NCBI RefSeq assembly: GCF_009914755.1
Contig: NC_060925.1
Reading direction: 5' to 3' (one strand)
Length of the DNA: 64,000 bases
DNA from: the human T2T-CHM13v2.0 reference genome, Homo sapiens
Each line of letters opens with the position of its first letter. Positions within the stretch are counted from its first letter, which is position 1. Of this stretch, positions 39,820-53,225 are shown in pieces. Under the pieces are notes generated by a model. The model was given only the letters and a program-made list of their open reading frames with translations. It was not told the origin of the DNA and ran no database searches. The translations under genes were made by a program, and so were the position numbers.

Positions 39820-41460
39820 ATTACTTTAAAAAATAACTATCTCAACGTTACAGGAAAGTCACAAGAGTAGTACAAAGAATTTTTTCTGACCCATTTGAGA
39901 TTAAATTTTTGACCTAATGACCCATTCCCCCTGAATACCGCAACGTGTATTTGCTACAAAAAGACATTCTTTTACATAAGCACGATGTAAACATCAAAGT
40001 TATTCGTATATCATTACCATTTTATCTTTAAAGCCCATTCAAGTTTTGTCAATGACCCCAAAAAGTCTTTTATAGAAAAAACACCTCCAGCCCCAAATCA
40101 CATGTTGCCTTTAGTTGTCATGACTCTAAGTTTTCTTTTGATCTGAAAGAGACACGTATGTTTATTGCGGCCCTATTCACAATAGCAAAGATTTAGAACC
40201 AACCCAAATGTCCAACACCGATAGACTGGATTAAGAAAATGTGGCACATATACACCATGGAATACTATGCAGCCATAAAAACTGATGAGTTCATGTCCTT
40301 TGTAGGAACGTGGATGAAACTGGAAACCATCATTCTCAGCAAACTATCGCAAGGACAAAAAACCAAACACTGCATGTTCTCACTCATAGGTGGGAATTGA
40401 ACAATGAGAACGCATGGACACAGGAAGGGGAACATCACACACTGGGGACTTTTGTGGGGTGGGGGGAGGGGGGAGGGATAGCATTGAGAGATATACCTAA
40501 TGCTAAATCATGAGTTGATGGGTGCAGCACACCAACATGGCACGTGTATACATATGTAACAAGCCTGCACATTGTGCACATGTACCCTAAAACTTAAAGT
40601 ATAATAATAATAAAATAAAATAAAAAAGCAGTGCCGACCCAAAAAAAAAAAGAGTTCTTCAATCTTTCCTTGGCTTTTCTGATCTTAATACTGTTAAAGA
40701 GGACCGCCCAGTTATTTTGTAGATTGCCTCTCAATTTGGGTTTGTCTAATTTTTCCTCATGATTAAATTCAGGTGATACAGTGATCATATTATATCTTAT
40801 CATGTCTTACATCATTTCTATTTGTTCCATTATTAATGATGTTAACTTTAATCATTTGCATTAATATATCTGCCAGGCTTCCACACTGTAAAAATACAAT
40901 TTTCCCCTTTGCAATTAGCAAACATTTTGCGAGCAGATACTTCAAGACTGTATAAATATCCTATTGCTTATTAAAAATTCAATATATGCTTAGGCTTATT
41001 TTTATCTATATAGACTCATGAGTCTCTATTTTACTCAGTGGGATATAATTAATTACTCTCAATATGTATTTCAGTGCTCAAGTTGTTCCAGGTTTGGACA
41101 GTATAGACCCCATACAGCTGCATTCTGGATCATATTGACATGTTCTAATAATTCTTTAAGTATCTTCTTACTTTATGACACAAGATGTTCTAGGCTCATT
41201 TTGTACTTCCCCACCACAGCCCTGGAATCAGCCATTTCTCCAAGGAATCCTGGTTCCTCTAAGAGATGAGTGGTCTTTAGGAACAAAGATTCGGTGCTAA
41301 GTAGATTCGTGCTATTTCAGTGTTACTACTCCCAGGCCCACTCTCTCCCCTCAGTGGATGGCTGTAGGGACTATGGATATATAGGGAATATGAATATAGA
41401 CAGATACTACTAGATAGATAGATTAGATAGAATCACACACTTACTTCTATATTATTTCTA
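39820..41460 (-). mobile_element. Old L1 (L1MC4/MD-like) 3' region, interrupted by an L1PA
   Basis: Antisense L1M 3'UTR motifs on both sides (cagttattttgtagat, cctggaatcagccatttctccaagga). Confidence 0.7.
40152..40651 (+). mobile_element. Short 5'-truncated young L1PA (L1PA3/4-like) 3' end
   Basis: L1PA 3'UTR with G-rich tract, ending gtaccctaaaacttaaagtataataat. Short TSD aaagag at 40146-40151 and 40649-40654. Confidence 0.93.
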
Positions 41461-41517
41461 TAAACCATTGACCCTTTAACAATATGGGGGTTAGGGCACC
41501 TACCACCTGTGCAGTAA

Positions 41518-42632
41518 AGTCCCCAACTGCATTAGCCCCTAACAAGAGACTCAGTCTTATTTTTGGAGCTTTGAAACTAGGCATTGATTTCTCTTCTCTA
41601 GCTATGAAAGTCCTAGGTGGCATCTTCTTCCAACAGAAGACTTTTTCATCCACATTGAAATTATGTTGTTTAGTGTAGCCACCTTCATCAGTGATCTTAT
41701 CTAGATCTTCTGGATAACTTGCAACTTCTACAACAGCACTTGCTCTTTCAACCTTGCACTTTTATGTTATGGAAACTACTTCTTTCCTTAAACCTTGTGA
41801 ACCAATCTCTGCTAGCTTCCAACTTTTCTTTTGTAGCTTGCTCACTTCTCTCAGCCTTCACATAATGGAATAGTTAGGGCCTTGTCTGGATTAGACTTTG
41901 GTTTAAGAGAATATTGTAGCTGGTCTGATCTTCTATCCAGACCACTCAAATTTTCTCCACATCAGCAATAAAGCTGTTTCAGTTTTTATCATTTTTGTGG
42001 TCATTAGAGTAGCACTTTAATTTTCCCTCAAGAAATTTTCCTTTGCATTCAACTTGGCTGTTTGGTGCAAGAGGACTAGCTTTCAACCTGTCAACTTTCT
42101 ACATGCCTTCCTCACTAAGCTTACTCATTTCTAGCTTTTGATTTCAAGTGAGAGAAATGTTACTCTTCCTTTCACTTGAACACTGAGAGGCCACTGTAGG
42201 GTTATTACTCGGTCTAATTTAATTTCAATATTGTTGTGTCTCAGGGAACAGGGAGGCCCAAGGAGAAGGAACAAGTCAGAAGAACATTCTGTCGGTGGAG
42301 AAGTCATAACACACACAACATTTATTGGTTAACTTTGCCATATCATATTGGTGTGGTTCATGGCACCCCCTGAAATTATAATAACATCAAAAATCACTGA
42401 TCACAGACCACCATAACAGCTATAATGATTGGAAAAAAATTTAAATTTCTGTGAGAATTGCCAAAATGTGAAGCATACACAAAACGAGCACATGCTGTTG
42501 GAAAAATAGCACTAATATATGACATGTTTGCCTGAAGCAAGGTTGCCATAAACCTTCACTTTGTAAAAAAATAAAATAAAAATAAAAATAAAACACATTG
42601 TCTGTGAAGCACAACAGAACAAGGTGAGCTAG
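41518..42632 (-). mobile_element. Tigger1 DNA transposon, 5' ~1.1 kb including a degenerate transposase N-terminus
   Basis: ORF 41447..41653 ([39 protein letters not shown]) is a Tigger1 transposase remnant. Confidence 0.92.
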
Positions 42633-44023
42633 CAACTACTGGACACTCATTTAATCTTTATCAAATGAATGAAGCTTCATCTAAACCAACTCTTGAAGGA
42701 TTAATATGATTTAGCAAAGTATGAGAATATAGAGGGTAGTGAATAAGTTGTGGGAAAACAGAAAAAAACAAGAAGGAATAAAATTTAAAATGATTAGGTT
42801 ACTCCAAGCCTTCTATTGATCCTGATAAATCCCTATTCTTTCAAATATTCTTTTCATAAAATGAATATTTAAATGTGTTAAATTTAAAATCACCATTTTC
42901 ACTTTTCCTCAAAATGTTTATAGTTTTTTAAAAATCTCTTAAATCACAGTAATACAGTTACATATCATTAGGTCAGATTATGCCTGAAGGAAAATAATGA
43001 AAATAGTGGTCATTGGATTTCTGTTTATACTTCCAGGGAATAAGCCAAAGTATACCAAGAGATGTGAACTCACTGCTGACCCCAAGTCAGAAGGGCCATC
43101 AATCAGGCCCTCAATATGTAGACAGATATATAGAAAATCATTTATCATGCCAGCACTCAATGGATGTCATAAAGATCCTAAACAGTAATTTGTAAAATTT
43201 GTAGAAATAGTCCTGCCATATAAACAAAACAGGGGTGAATGCTCACTTACACTGTGCATGAGTTATATCTGCTAAAATCTTCAACAAGGGTAGAACATCC
43301 CATTATATAATAAATAAATAATGTATTAATTTTATATTCTTAAAAGAAAGGCATGCTTTTCTGTAAGTACCTATGCTTCAGCCATTTTGTGTCTTCTTAG
43401 ATTTTTTCAGCTCCAGTAGACAGTACTGAGCAAAATTTATTAAAAATATGCCTCAAAAACTAAATGAAGAGCCATGTTAAACAAAAGGAAAAATCTGAAT
43501 CTCTTTAAGCTCCTTCAGAGAACTGTATTATGAAATATGATTTGAATTGTTTGTTTAAATAAATTCTAGAATTGAGAATAATACCATTATTGTGGCCATT
43601 GTTTCAAGGTAGTCCTTTCTGATCAAAAGCTAGAGAGATAGTAATTGTCTAAGCAGTTTTTGCACAATCAGTCATGGAGAAGTGCACACATTTAATTTGT
43701 TTGCACCAAAAAAGAACAGTAGAAAACAGTCATTAATTTAAGGTAAGAATATATCATCCCTGAATACAAAAGTAGGTATTTACGGGTCAAATGCAGAATA
43801 TTCAGTGAACAGTTTCCTTTCCTCCCTTCACAATCACACAGATAAGATAGTGGCATTGATTTAGACAAAATAAGTCAATAGTTTTTGTTATCATCTGAAG
43901 AACTTCATACTGGTAATTACTCTTGAAAATAATATTCATTTTGTCTTTTTATCATTTATATTTATTCACTCCAATTCTGACATGTTTCTTCCCAAACCAT
44001 GTTACCCCAGGTAAGCAGCAGCT

Positions 44024-44160
44024 GAAAGAAAGGGAAGGGGAGGGGAGAGCAGGGGAGAGCAGGGGAGGGGGGAAGAGAGAAGAAAGAGAAAGAAAAAAAA
44101 AAGAAAGAAAGAAAGAGAAGGAAAGAAATAAAAAGAAAGAAAGAGAAGGAAAGAAATAAA

Positions 44161-44212
<52 letters not shown>

Positions 44213-44324
44213 AGGAAAGAAAGAAAGGAAGGAAGGAAGAAAGAAAGAGAAAGAAAGAGAAAGAAAGAGAAAAAAGAAAGAGAAGGAGAGAGGAACAGGG
44301 GAGGGAGGGAAGGAGGGAGAGAAA
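44024..44324 (+). repeat. ~300-bp polypurine low-complexity tract containing (GAAA)n
   Basis: Almost exclusively A/G, with a pure GAAA run at about 44163-44212. Confidence 0.95.
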
Positions 44325-46419
44325 TTTGGTGGGGCTGTGTGCTTCGGATGGTTCTGCCTTCACAAAGCCTGGCTTAGCTTGCCTCAAAGGTGGACATGCC
44401 TCAGAAGGTGAAGTCCAGGAAAAAAATTTCTTGGTGGGAGAAACATTTGCATGCCGATTTGACTCTTAAAAAGAAAATTAATGAGCCTAAACTATTTCCA
44501 GATATCTTTAGAAATAAATCAATAATGAAGGTTGATATTAAATGGTGAAATACTTAAAAGGTAAAGGTGAGAATGACTAAAGTTACAACATCTAATATTT
44601 TTTTAAAAGTGTAACGCTCATTTTCTGTCACATAATACTGTTCAGGATCTTTCATTGGTACTTTACATCTCCTAAGACTTACAGCAATGGACATTTCTAA
44701 ATTAGCATCACTTCCATTCTATGTAAATATAATCAAGGTAGTTTACCTCTACCCTCCACAAATCCACCTTTGAATGACTACTTACGAGTTTTCAACTTAT
44801 GCTGAGATCACAGGACTTCTGATGTTTTCTTAGAACAAGATGTAGGGATGAAGAGATATAAGGTAGCTGAGTCTTTACTGTCAGATCTCAGTTTACATAT
44901 TGACACCTCAGAGAGCCCCCGAATACCCACACAAGCCTTAATAATCACTCACAAACTTTGTTATAGTGTACTATTTTAATTCTCTAGGTATTATTTTTCT
45001 CTCAATATGTTTCTTATTTGTTTGAGTTTTTTTTCTTCCCTCACCCACCCCTCACCAGGCACACATGTATGCACCCAAACAAATAACATCAGCTCTAATC
45101 AATTCACTGCATTCGTCTCAACATCTACTAATAGAACAAAGCCCATTTGACTAGAAGACTCATTTCTTTTGGCAACTTTACCAGAATTCTTTATATTTTT
45201 ATAATTTTTTTTCTCCATCTGTTTTCATTTTCTGAAACTTTTTGTAGGTGGACATTGGATCTGTCTGCAGATGTGTTTCTATTCACCCTAGATTGGATTT
45301 GATAATTGTGGGGCAAAGGCAGGTATGCAATACAACTTATTTTTTAGCCATGGGGACTCCACTACATCCTAGTCCCATTCACCTGCCTTCCTGTGGCCTT
45401 AGAGCCCACACTCTGTGCTCCAAAATCAGGTCAAATCTTTCCACTCGCTGATGCCTGGTGATGGGAAAGAGCATGAGAAGCTGACCCAGACTGTCACTCC
45501 AAATGCTGTTTGCAATTCCTGTCCCTGGCAGTCACACCCACATGTCCCCTGCCCATGGAGGCTGTAAGCTCTATGCGTGCAGCACCAACTCAGTACTCTC
45601 CTCTGCTACATTTCTCTCCTGTGTGTAATTTGGGCTGGTTTCCTTTGCCAATCTAATTTCATCTGCTTTCTTCTTCTAAGGATTTGAGTAAAAAGTTTTC
45701 ATCATGATTGTGTTCTTTTCCATACTTCACAGTAATAGCATCTTCAACCAGCTGCTAATGTCTAATCAGATTAAAACTGTAAATCTCTTTCTCCAGCAAA
45801 AAAAAAAAGCAGAAAACCAGTTAACAAATTGTAAGAAGTATATACAAGTGCTACTTAAGTGCTTTATTCATGATGCACTTGAGATCTCAAAATTTCACTG
45901 TTCCATTAGACTTTTAAACTACCAGGAATCAGTGTCTAAGTCATTTATACCATCAGAACAGCTGGATGACAGCAAGTTGTCAACAGATTTCCCAAGGATT
46001 TCTCTGAGGAACTAGAGACTTACAATGGGGAGAAAGTGTCATTCCATCTGAATCCAACCATTACATCAATTGACCTGAAAGCTAGAAAGGTTCTATTTCT
46101 CTAAGGAAAAGAAAACAATTGAAAAGCTTGAGTATCCAATCAAACAAATTACATTTGCGACCCTCCCCAGAGGGCTACACCACTTAGGCCCTAAGCAGAG
46201 TTTAGTTGGAATATATATTTTAAAGGACAAGTTTATCAAAGAATACTACAAGGGAACAGAAAACAAAATAAATAAGACAAATGTAATTGAACCAAAGAGC
46301 CATGTATGTGTAAACTCCCAAACTTATTTGAAGTAACATTTAATATGAACTTGAATTCAAGCACTGTCATTTAAAACTGGATACTTATTGACTTAAGGAG
46401 AGAATTGATAAGGAATTTA

Positions 46420-46600
46420 GTTTTATTTCACCTTTTTATTAATGATCTACAAGTAGCAATCTTAATGAAAACAGTAGATGACAGTAAATTGATAGGTACC
46501 GCAAAAGACGTTAGAAACAACATAAAAGAAGATGCAAGAGGGTAGATATTGGGAAGGAACTAAGAATGAAATTCACTGTAGTTAAATGGGAAGGTCATTC
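46420..46600 (+). mobile_element. CR1/L3-like RT remnant (very old)
   Basis: tttattaatgatcta (FINDL)...gtagatgacagtaaattgataggt (VDDSKLIG)...atgaaattc. Confidence 0.5.
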
Positions 46601-48120
46601 AAAACACAGCTTCTAAAAAATATCTTTTTCCAAATAGCTTAAAATATTTATGAGTATTGCTATCACTACTGCCTATTTATTTGGAAGCAACACTGTTCCA
46701 GGCACCAGAATACAGAGCCAGAATCACAAAAAATTAAAGACATCAGAAATGCCAAATACAGAAAAAACAAAAAGTTCTAGGGAATGTGAAAGGAGGCCAG
46801 TGTTTGTGTGTTTTTCATTTAATATGATAAGTTAAGAAAATGTGTATTATTTTAAAGGAAATTCCAGTTATTTTCCAGGCTGTAATAGAGCTCAGGGAAG
46901 GCTAAGAGTGAATATATCTGTGAACAGAAAAAAATATCACTGACTTCAGTGTGAGACAAAATATGGGAGAAAAAACAGTACTGCTAGTTTAGTCACAGTT
47001 TTTCTAAAACTAATTAGAGTACTGAGCTTTATAACCTAGAAGAGACTGTAAAGTACTTACTAATCATGGAAAAGATAATTTTTTCAGGATAAAGAGATGA
47101 TTTAATATATAATTTAGCAAAGTTGTAAATGTCCACCCATCATTTAGAAAATATATGTAGCTTTTCATTCTATCACATATCACTTTTTCTCAATATCATC
47201 TTTTACCAAACTCAATATTTCTATTTGTTTGTATATTTACTTATATTAAACATACATTATGTAAGAGATATTTTGCTCTTCTGAGCACATATGAATGAAT
47301 AAAGTATCTGCCTTTCAGTACATTCAAAAATATACCTAATGCAAAACCTACTTAATATCTAATAAAATATGCCTATGTAATAAATGTCATACAGCCAATA
47401 AGAAAAAAAAGTGCTATAGGAGCAGAGAGGAGAAAAGGAGAGAAGAAATTAGTGTGTTTTACAGAGGAAGTTGTATTTGTGGTGGTCATTGAGATACGTA
47501 CACAAAGAAATGGAGTTGAAGAGGGAGAGGGAAAAGTGTACAAGCTAGAAGCAACTGAATAAGGCAAACAGGAAGAGCTTGCATGAAAACCACAAAGTAC
47601 ATGATTTTGGGAGGCAAAAAAATATCATGGTTAAAACTCAAAGTACATAGAAGGACAATGAAGCTATAGAGGCACCATCTAACAAATTTTGAAGGATCTT
47701 GAACATGTTGCTAAGGGAAGGAAATTTCATTCTCTGGAGTGTGAGCAATCGTGAGCATAGTGTTTATTTAAGGAGAGGAAGGAGGTAATCACATTTACAT
47801 TTTAGAAAGAAATTTTCACGATGAAGTTTTTTACAAAGACAAAGTAATCAACAATACTAGGGGGAAAAGTGGAAAGGGAACAATCAGAAATGTATTGCAA
47901 TATACAAAGCAAAAGTAACCAACCCTCCTCTTTCTAGCTACCACTTGTAAGCCATGTTATAAAGAAGTTGGTTCAAAATTTTAAAGTCACCTTTATTGTT
48001 CCTCTAATCTCCAAAGTAGTAATGAAATGCAGCGGTCTCATTAATTTACTTCATAAATTTCTTTTCCTTTTTCAGTTTTCTCCTGCTACATATTCGATCA
48101 ACTAATATCTCTCATCTGTA

Positions 48121-48349
48121 CAGTCTTCAAGGGATTGGTTCCAGGATCCAGGCATAAATAACCAAAATCTAATCATACCCAAGTCTCGCAGTTAGCCTTG
48201 CGGAGCCCAGGGATACAAAAAGTCGGCCCTGTGCATAGTCGGATTTTACATCCTGCAAGTACTGTATTTTCAATCTGTGTTTAGCTCGAAAAAATTCACA
48301 TAAAAGCAGACCTGGGCAATTCAATTCCTTGTAGTTCATGGGTCAACTG
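48121..48349 (+). mobile_element. MER8-like (Tigger2 family) MITE
   Basis: ta|cagt...gggattggttccagga...aaaagtcggccct...gggtcaactg|ta with a TA TSD. Confidence 0.85.
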
Positions 48350-48414
48350 TATTCTTGCAAGAGCTTCTAAACAAACTGTCCTATCAACTTTGTTCTAATA
48401 CTGGATGATGCCAT

Positions 48415-49230
48415 CACTCATTCAATCAAACTTTGTTTATTGAGAATGGATCACATTCAAACATGATGCCGAGCCCTGAAGGGAACAACACTAAATAAGG
48501 TAAAATTCTTGATCTAAAAGTTCTGGAGTCTAGTGATGGACACAAATAAAGCACATTGAGTAAATTGCGATAATTTCATAGAAAGGATGAGTGCATGTCT
48601 ACTCAGATTTTGAGATAAGAAAAGGCTTCCTGAAAATGTTGATGCCAAATGAGTGAAAGGAAAAAGTAGGATTAAGCGGAATAAATAGTAAGGGAGAGTA
48701 TTCTTGGTAAAGAACATGTGCAGTTGTAGCAACATAAGAAAGATGGATACAATTAAAGACTAGACAGCTCAGTGTTACTAGAATGTGAGGTCCCAGAGGA
48801 GACCTTACAGAACATGAGGCTGAACAGTTGTCAGAGCTAAGTCATTAAGGGTCTCCATTCCAACTGAAGAAATCTTAAAACTAAGAAAAATCATACTTGA
48901 ATTTGAATTTTGAAAGCTCACTGATAGCACTGTGGCAATATAAATTTAGAAATTACAGGTTTTATAACTATGCATATGAAAATAGTACTAGGAGTCATGG
49001 TTGTGAGTAAGAATTCCCAGGGAAAGTGTGTGCCGTGAAAAGTGCATAGTGTTAAGCAAGGAACCACGAAAAGACCCAAATAAAGAGTCTGAACGGAAGA
49101 AGAAAAGCCCTTGGAAATAGGGGTTTGGGGTAATTGGAATAAGTTGATGAACGAATGGACACTAGAGTACATACAACTTCTTATGTATCTTGGACATAAA
49201 AGGAATAAAACTATATTGGTCACTAAATTT
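48415..49230 (-). mobile_element. L2 remnants
   Basis: The reversed L2 tail cactcattcaatcaaac...tttattgag is followed by L2-like sequence. Confidence 0.6.
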
Positions 49231-49234
49231 CACA

Positions 49235-49800
49235 GGATGAAAGCCCGAAGAAAACAAATAATGAAAATATAAACTCAAAGACATGATAGAAACCAAAATT
49301 AAGGGATTAAAAATATGACCTGAATATTCAGCTAAGAAAAGCTTACCATATTCTCAAGAAAACAAAGATTAATTAACACCAAACTATAGGCTGGTAGTCC
49401 TGGGATTTTAAGGATAAAGAAAGAAACCTGTAAGAATCTCACTCAGGCACACAAAAACGGGTCACCCACAGTGAAAAATAATCCTTAAGCTTGTCTCAGA
49501 TTTCTCTTCAGAAACACGATGCAATGTATTAAAAGCTCACAAACGAAAGGGTATAAGAAAAAAAAATCCATCATCATCCAGACATTGTTCATGGGTACAG
49601 GCATTAGAAAGACAGGCTCAACTACGCAAAGATTCAGAAGGTACATCACTGGCCATGTTCCTTTTCAGAATAGAAATACTCTCACCAAATAGAAAGCTCA
49701 ATTCAAATTAAGAAATTAGAGATGTATGTTATGAAAGGATACTCAATGAGTATTGAATCCTTTTAACATCATATAAATTTTTAAATAAGTTATAAAGTGC
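49235..49800 (+). mobile_element. HAL1 or L1M ORF1-like remnant
   Basis: gattttaaggataaagaaagaaacct...agcttgtctcagatttctc is ORF1 C-terminal-like. Confidence 0.45.
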
Positions 49801-50020
49801 TATTGTAATGCTTGAAATAAAAATATCATTTTACTATAATGATTTTGCTACAATAAGCTGGGATAAGAAGCTCTGCTTATTTCAACAAAACTGGAATGTG
49901 GGAAGAGAAAGAATTGTTAAAAGCAAAGGTGTGATAACTCCCTTAATTTTCTATGGGAGTTAACATAGGATTGTATGTCTGAAATTATTATCTTCACGTA
50001 TAATTCTTTTCACATGTAAT

Positions 50021-50344
50021 TTGTTTGTTTGTTTGTTTTGCGAGAGGATCTGGCTCTGTTGCCTAGGCTGGAGTGCAGTGGCACGACCATGGCTCACAGC
50101 CTTGACCTCCCAGGCTCAGAAGATCTTCCCATCTTAGCCTTCTGAGTAGCTGGGACTACAGGCATGCACCACCATGCCTGGCTAATTTTTTTTCTTTCTT
50201 TCTTTCTTTCTTTTTTTTTTTTTTTGTAGAGATGACGTCTTGCTATGTTGCCCAACCTGGCCTTGAAATCCTGGACTCAAGTGATCCTCCTGCGTAGGCC
50301 TCCCAAAGTGCTGGGACTATCGGCATGGGGCACCACACCCAGCC
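50021..50344 (-). mobile_element. AluJ-type SINE
   Basis: Antisense dimeric Alu with a (TTTG)n tail and cttgacctcccaggctca. Confidence 0.92.
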
Positions 50345-50483
50345 TACATATAAATTTTTAAACTGTCATTTTAAAATTTATTATTTTTACCTACAAATTT
50401 TATTCTTTAATATTTTAACCAATTATTTTTTTCTGTCCAGAGTGATTTTCCTTCTCTGCCTATGCTTTCTTTCTTTTTTTATA

Positions 50484-50545
50484 ACTATGACATAAACCTG
50501 CAAGTTCTGCATGTGTACCCCAGAACTTAAAGTAGAATAAAAAAA
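50484..50545 (+). mobile_element. Tiny L1PA 3'-terminal fragment
   Basis: aaacctgcaagttctgcatgtgtaccccagaacttaaagt followed by an A tail. Confidence 0.75.
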
Positions 50546-52559
50546 ATTTAAAATTATTTTTACATATAATTTCTAAATATATCAAGATTTCTTAGTCATT
50601 AATAAAAATGCAGACCCCTTTATTTAAAAAAATAAGAGAACAATACACAGCTATTACCCAGAAGCAAAAAATACATGTGGCTGGCTAATAAGCCTATGTA
50701 AGGTAAGATAAGTACGAGGTAGGGGAAGAAATGCTAAATGAAATAAGAATACACTCATACTATTTTGCCCATAAAATTAGAAAAAAATGAGAAAAGATAA
50801 TTCCTTATATTAACAATAATTTGAGGAATAGGCACTCTGATTCTCTTTCGGTAGGAGTCTGCACTAGTCAAACATTTTCTGAAGACAGTAGGTCAATATA
50901 CCCCTGAAATTGTGCACACCCTTTGAATCAGCTGCACCTCTGAAATTTACCCTAAGGCTGCACTAAGGGTCCATCTCTAGTTGGAAATCATTAATTTTTA
51001 GTGGCCTCAATCCACACACCTGTTTTTTTTCAGTAATATTCTGCAATCTATACACAGGAATTAAGAAGGCAGTCAGGTGAATGATTTGAGAATAGGTGTC
51101 TGGTGGCAACAGAATGAAAAAAAATGAAATAAAAGAAAATGGTTAAAAGACTACTAAAGATATTTTCCTTGTGGGCTAGGCTAGAAGTGAAGAAACTGAA
51201 CCTAGAAGGAACCCAACAGACTCAAAGACAATATAAGCACCTAGGCGCTTAACTTCATTCTGTAGCCAAAAGTTTTCAAGAGGTGAAAAAGTGAAGCTTC
51301 ATGGTCATTAACCAAAAGCTGATAATGATGCAGAGAAACACTGTGAGTCAGAGGTGAAATTTTTCATTGTATCTGGCAGGCAGGTGGCTGGGGTATCCAA
51401 GGTGTCAGCAGCTGCAAAAATTGATGCAAGGTTTGCAAAAATTGATGCAAAAATTGAAGAAAGGTACACAACAACTTAACATGAGCTTTAAAGGAAACAT
51501 CTCTTTCCAATATGAGGTAAAAGAAAAAGAAGAAAGCAATCCCTACATCTCTACTTGCTCCCAGCAATGAGGTGCATGAGGAGTGGATGAATGAGCACCC
51601 TTTGCTTGGAAGGGCCAGGAAAGGGGTCCCTAAAGGGAAAGAATTAGTGTTTATGTAAGGCAAGGACTTTGAAAAACTGTTGACAAAGAGCTTGAAAGTC
51701 TAAAGAATGTGACATGTTTACAAACTACTATAGAATAAAAACATTGTCCTGATGTGGATGATGAAAGTAAAGAAATGAAAGACAGAGAAATAATGGTATG
51801 AGAATATGGGAGAAGACACATAACTGAAGGGACACAGATATAGAATGACAACAAAGGGTGACAGAATTATTAGAGCCTGTAAGATTAACTGCTCCATAAT
51901 CCAACTAGAATTTTGGGGTGAAGGTCACTCTGAGCTGGCACAGATAATGCCAAGCTACCTCTAGCTTAAAAGAAATAATAAAAGGCTGTTTTAATAAGAT
52001 CCCTTCTTTGCTCAAAACTTTCATTTGGTTCCCTTTGATTATTGAACTGTATCCTCAGCTTTATTCCGGTTTCTATCATCTGACAGTAAAATTCCTTCAG
52101 GGTTTCATCTTACTACGCTCTTGCATAAAACCTACTCTTGGCAAACTTGACCAGTCACTGTTTGCCATCATCACAAGAATATTTTCACCTTTCTGCCTTT
52201 CTACATCCTAGTCCCAAACCTGGAATTCTTCTCTCCCCATCTCTGCCTCTTGAAACCTCATGTTCTAGGTTAAATTTTTTATAATCCAAGAAGCACTATC
52301 ATAATGAGAAGAAATCACAACTTTCAGCAGCTCCTATTTATTATTCCATAAATGTTACAGTCATTAGTGTTTATGTCTTATCTCTTTCACTAAATTCCTT
52401 TGGACCAAGAGCCTAGTTAACTGGTTTTGTCACTTCTAAAACCTCCACACAGTACAGTCCTGTACATAGTGTTCTACTAGTGAAATAAATTAAATTGCAC
52501 AACAATTATGAATAACACAAAACAATAAATAGAAGTTATTAAAAAGAATAGTCATTTCA

Positions 52560-52873
52560 GGCCGGGTGCAGTGGCTCATGCCTGTAATCCCAGCACTTTG
52601 GGAGGCTAAGGCAGGCGGATCACAAGGTCAGGAGATTGAGACCATCCTGGCTAACACGGTGAAACCCCATCTCTACTAAAAATACAAAAAATTTGCTGGT
52701 CGTGGTGGCGGGCGCCTGTAGTCCAAGCTACTCGGGAGGCTGAGGCATGAACCCGGGAGGCAGAGCTTGCAGTGAGCCGAGATCCTGCCACTGCACTCCA
52801 GCCTGGGCGACAGAGCGAGACTCGTCTCAAAAAAACAAACAAACAAACAAACAAAAAACAAAAACCAAAAAAC
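52560..52873 (+). mobile_element. AluY-like with a short right-arm deletion and (CAAA)n tail
   Basis: gagaccatcctggctaacacggtg and gagcttgcagtgag are AluY diagnostics. Confidence 0.92.
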
Positions 52874-52896
52874 TATATATATATATATATATATAT

Positions 52897-53225
<329 letters not shown>

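Noticed and set aside
43923-44387. 141-aa F/L/S-rich and 78-aa K/E/R-rich ORFs
   Set aside because: Translation artefacts of the GAAA low-complexity tract.
51364-51663. Coiled-coil-like ORFs (LQKLMQGLQKLMQKL)
   Set aside because: The periodicity comes from the 12-bp tandem repeat; no splice context or recognisable protein.
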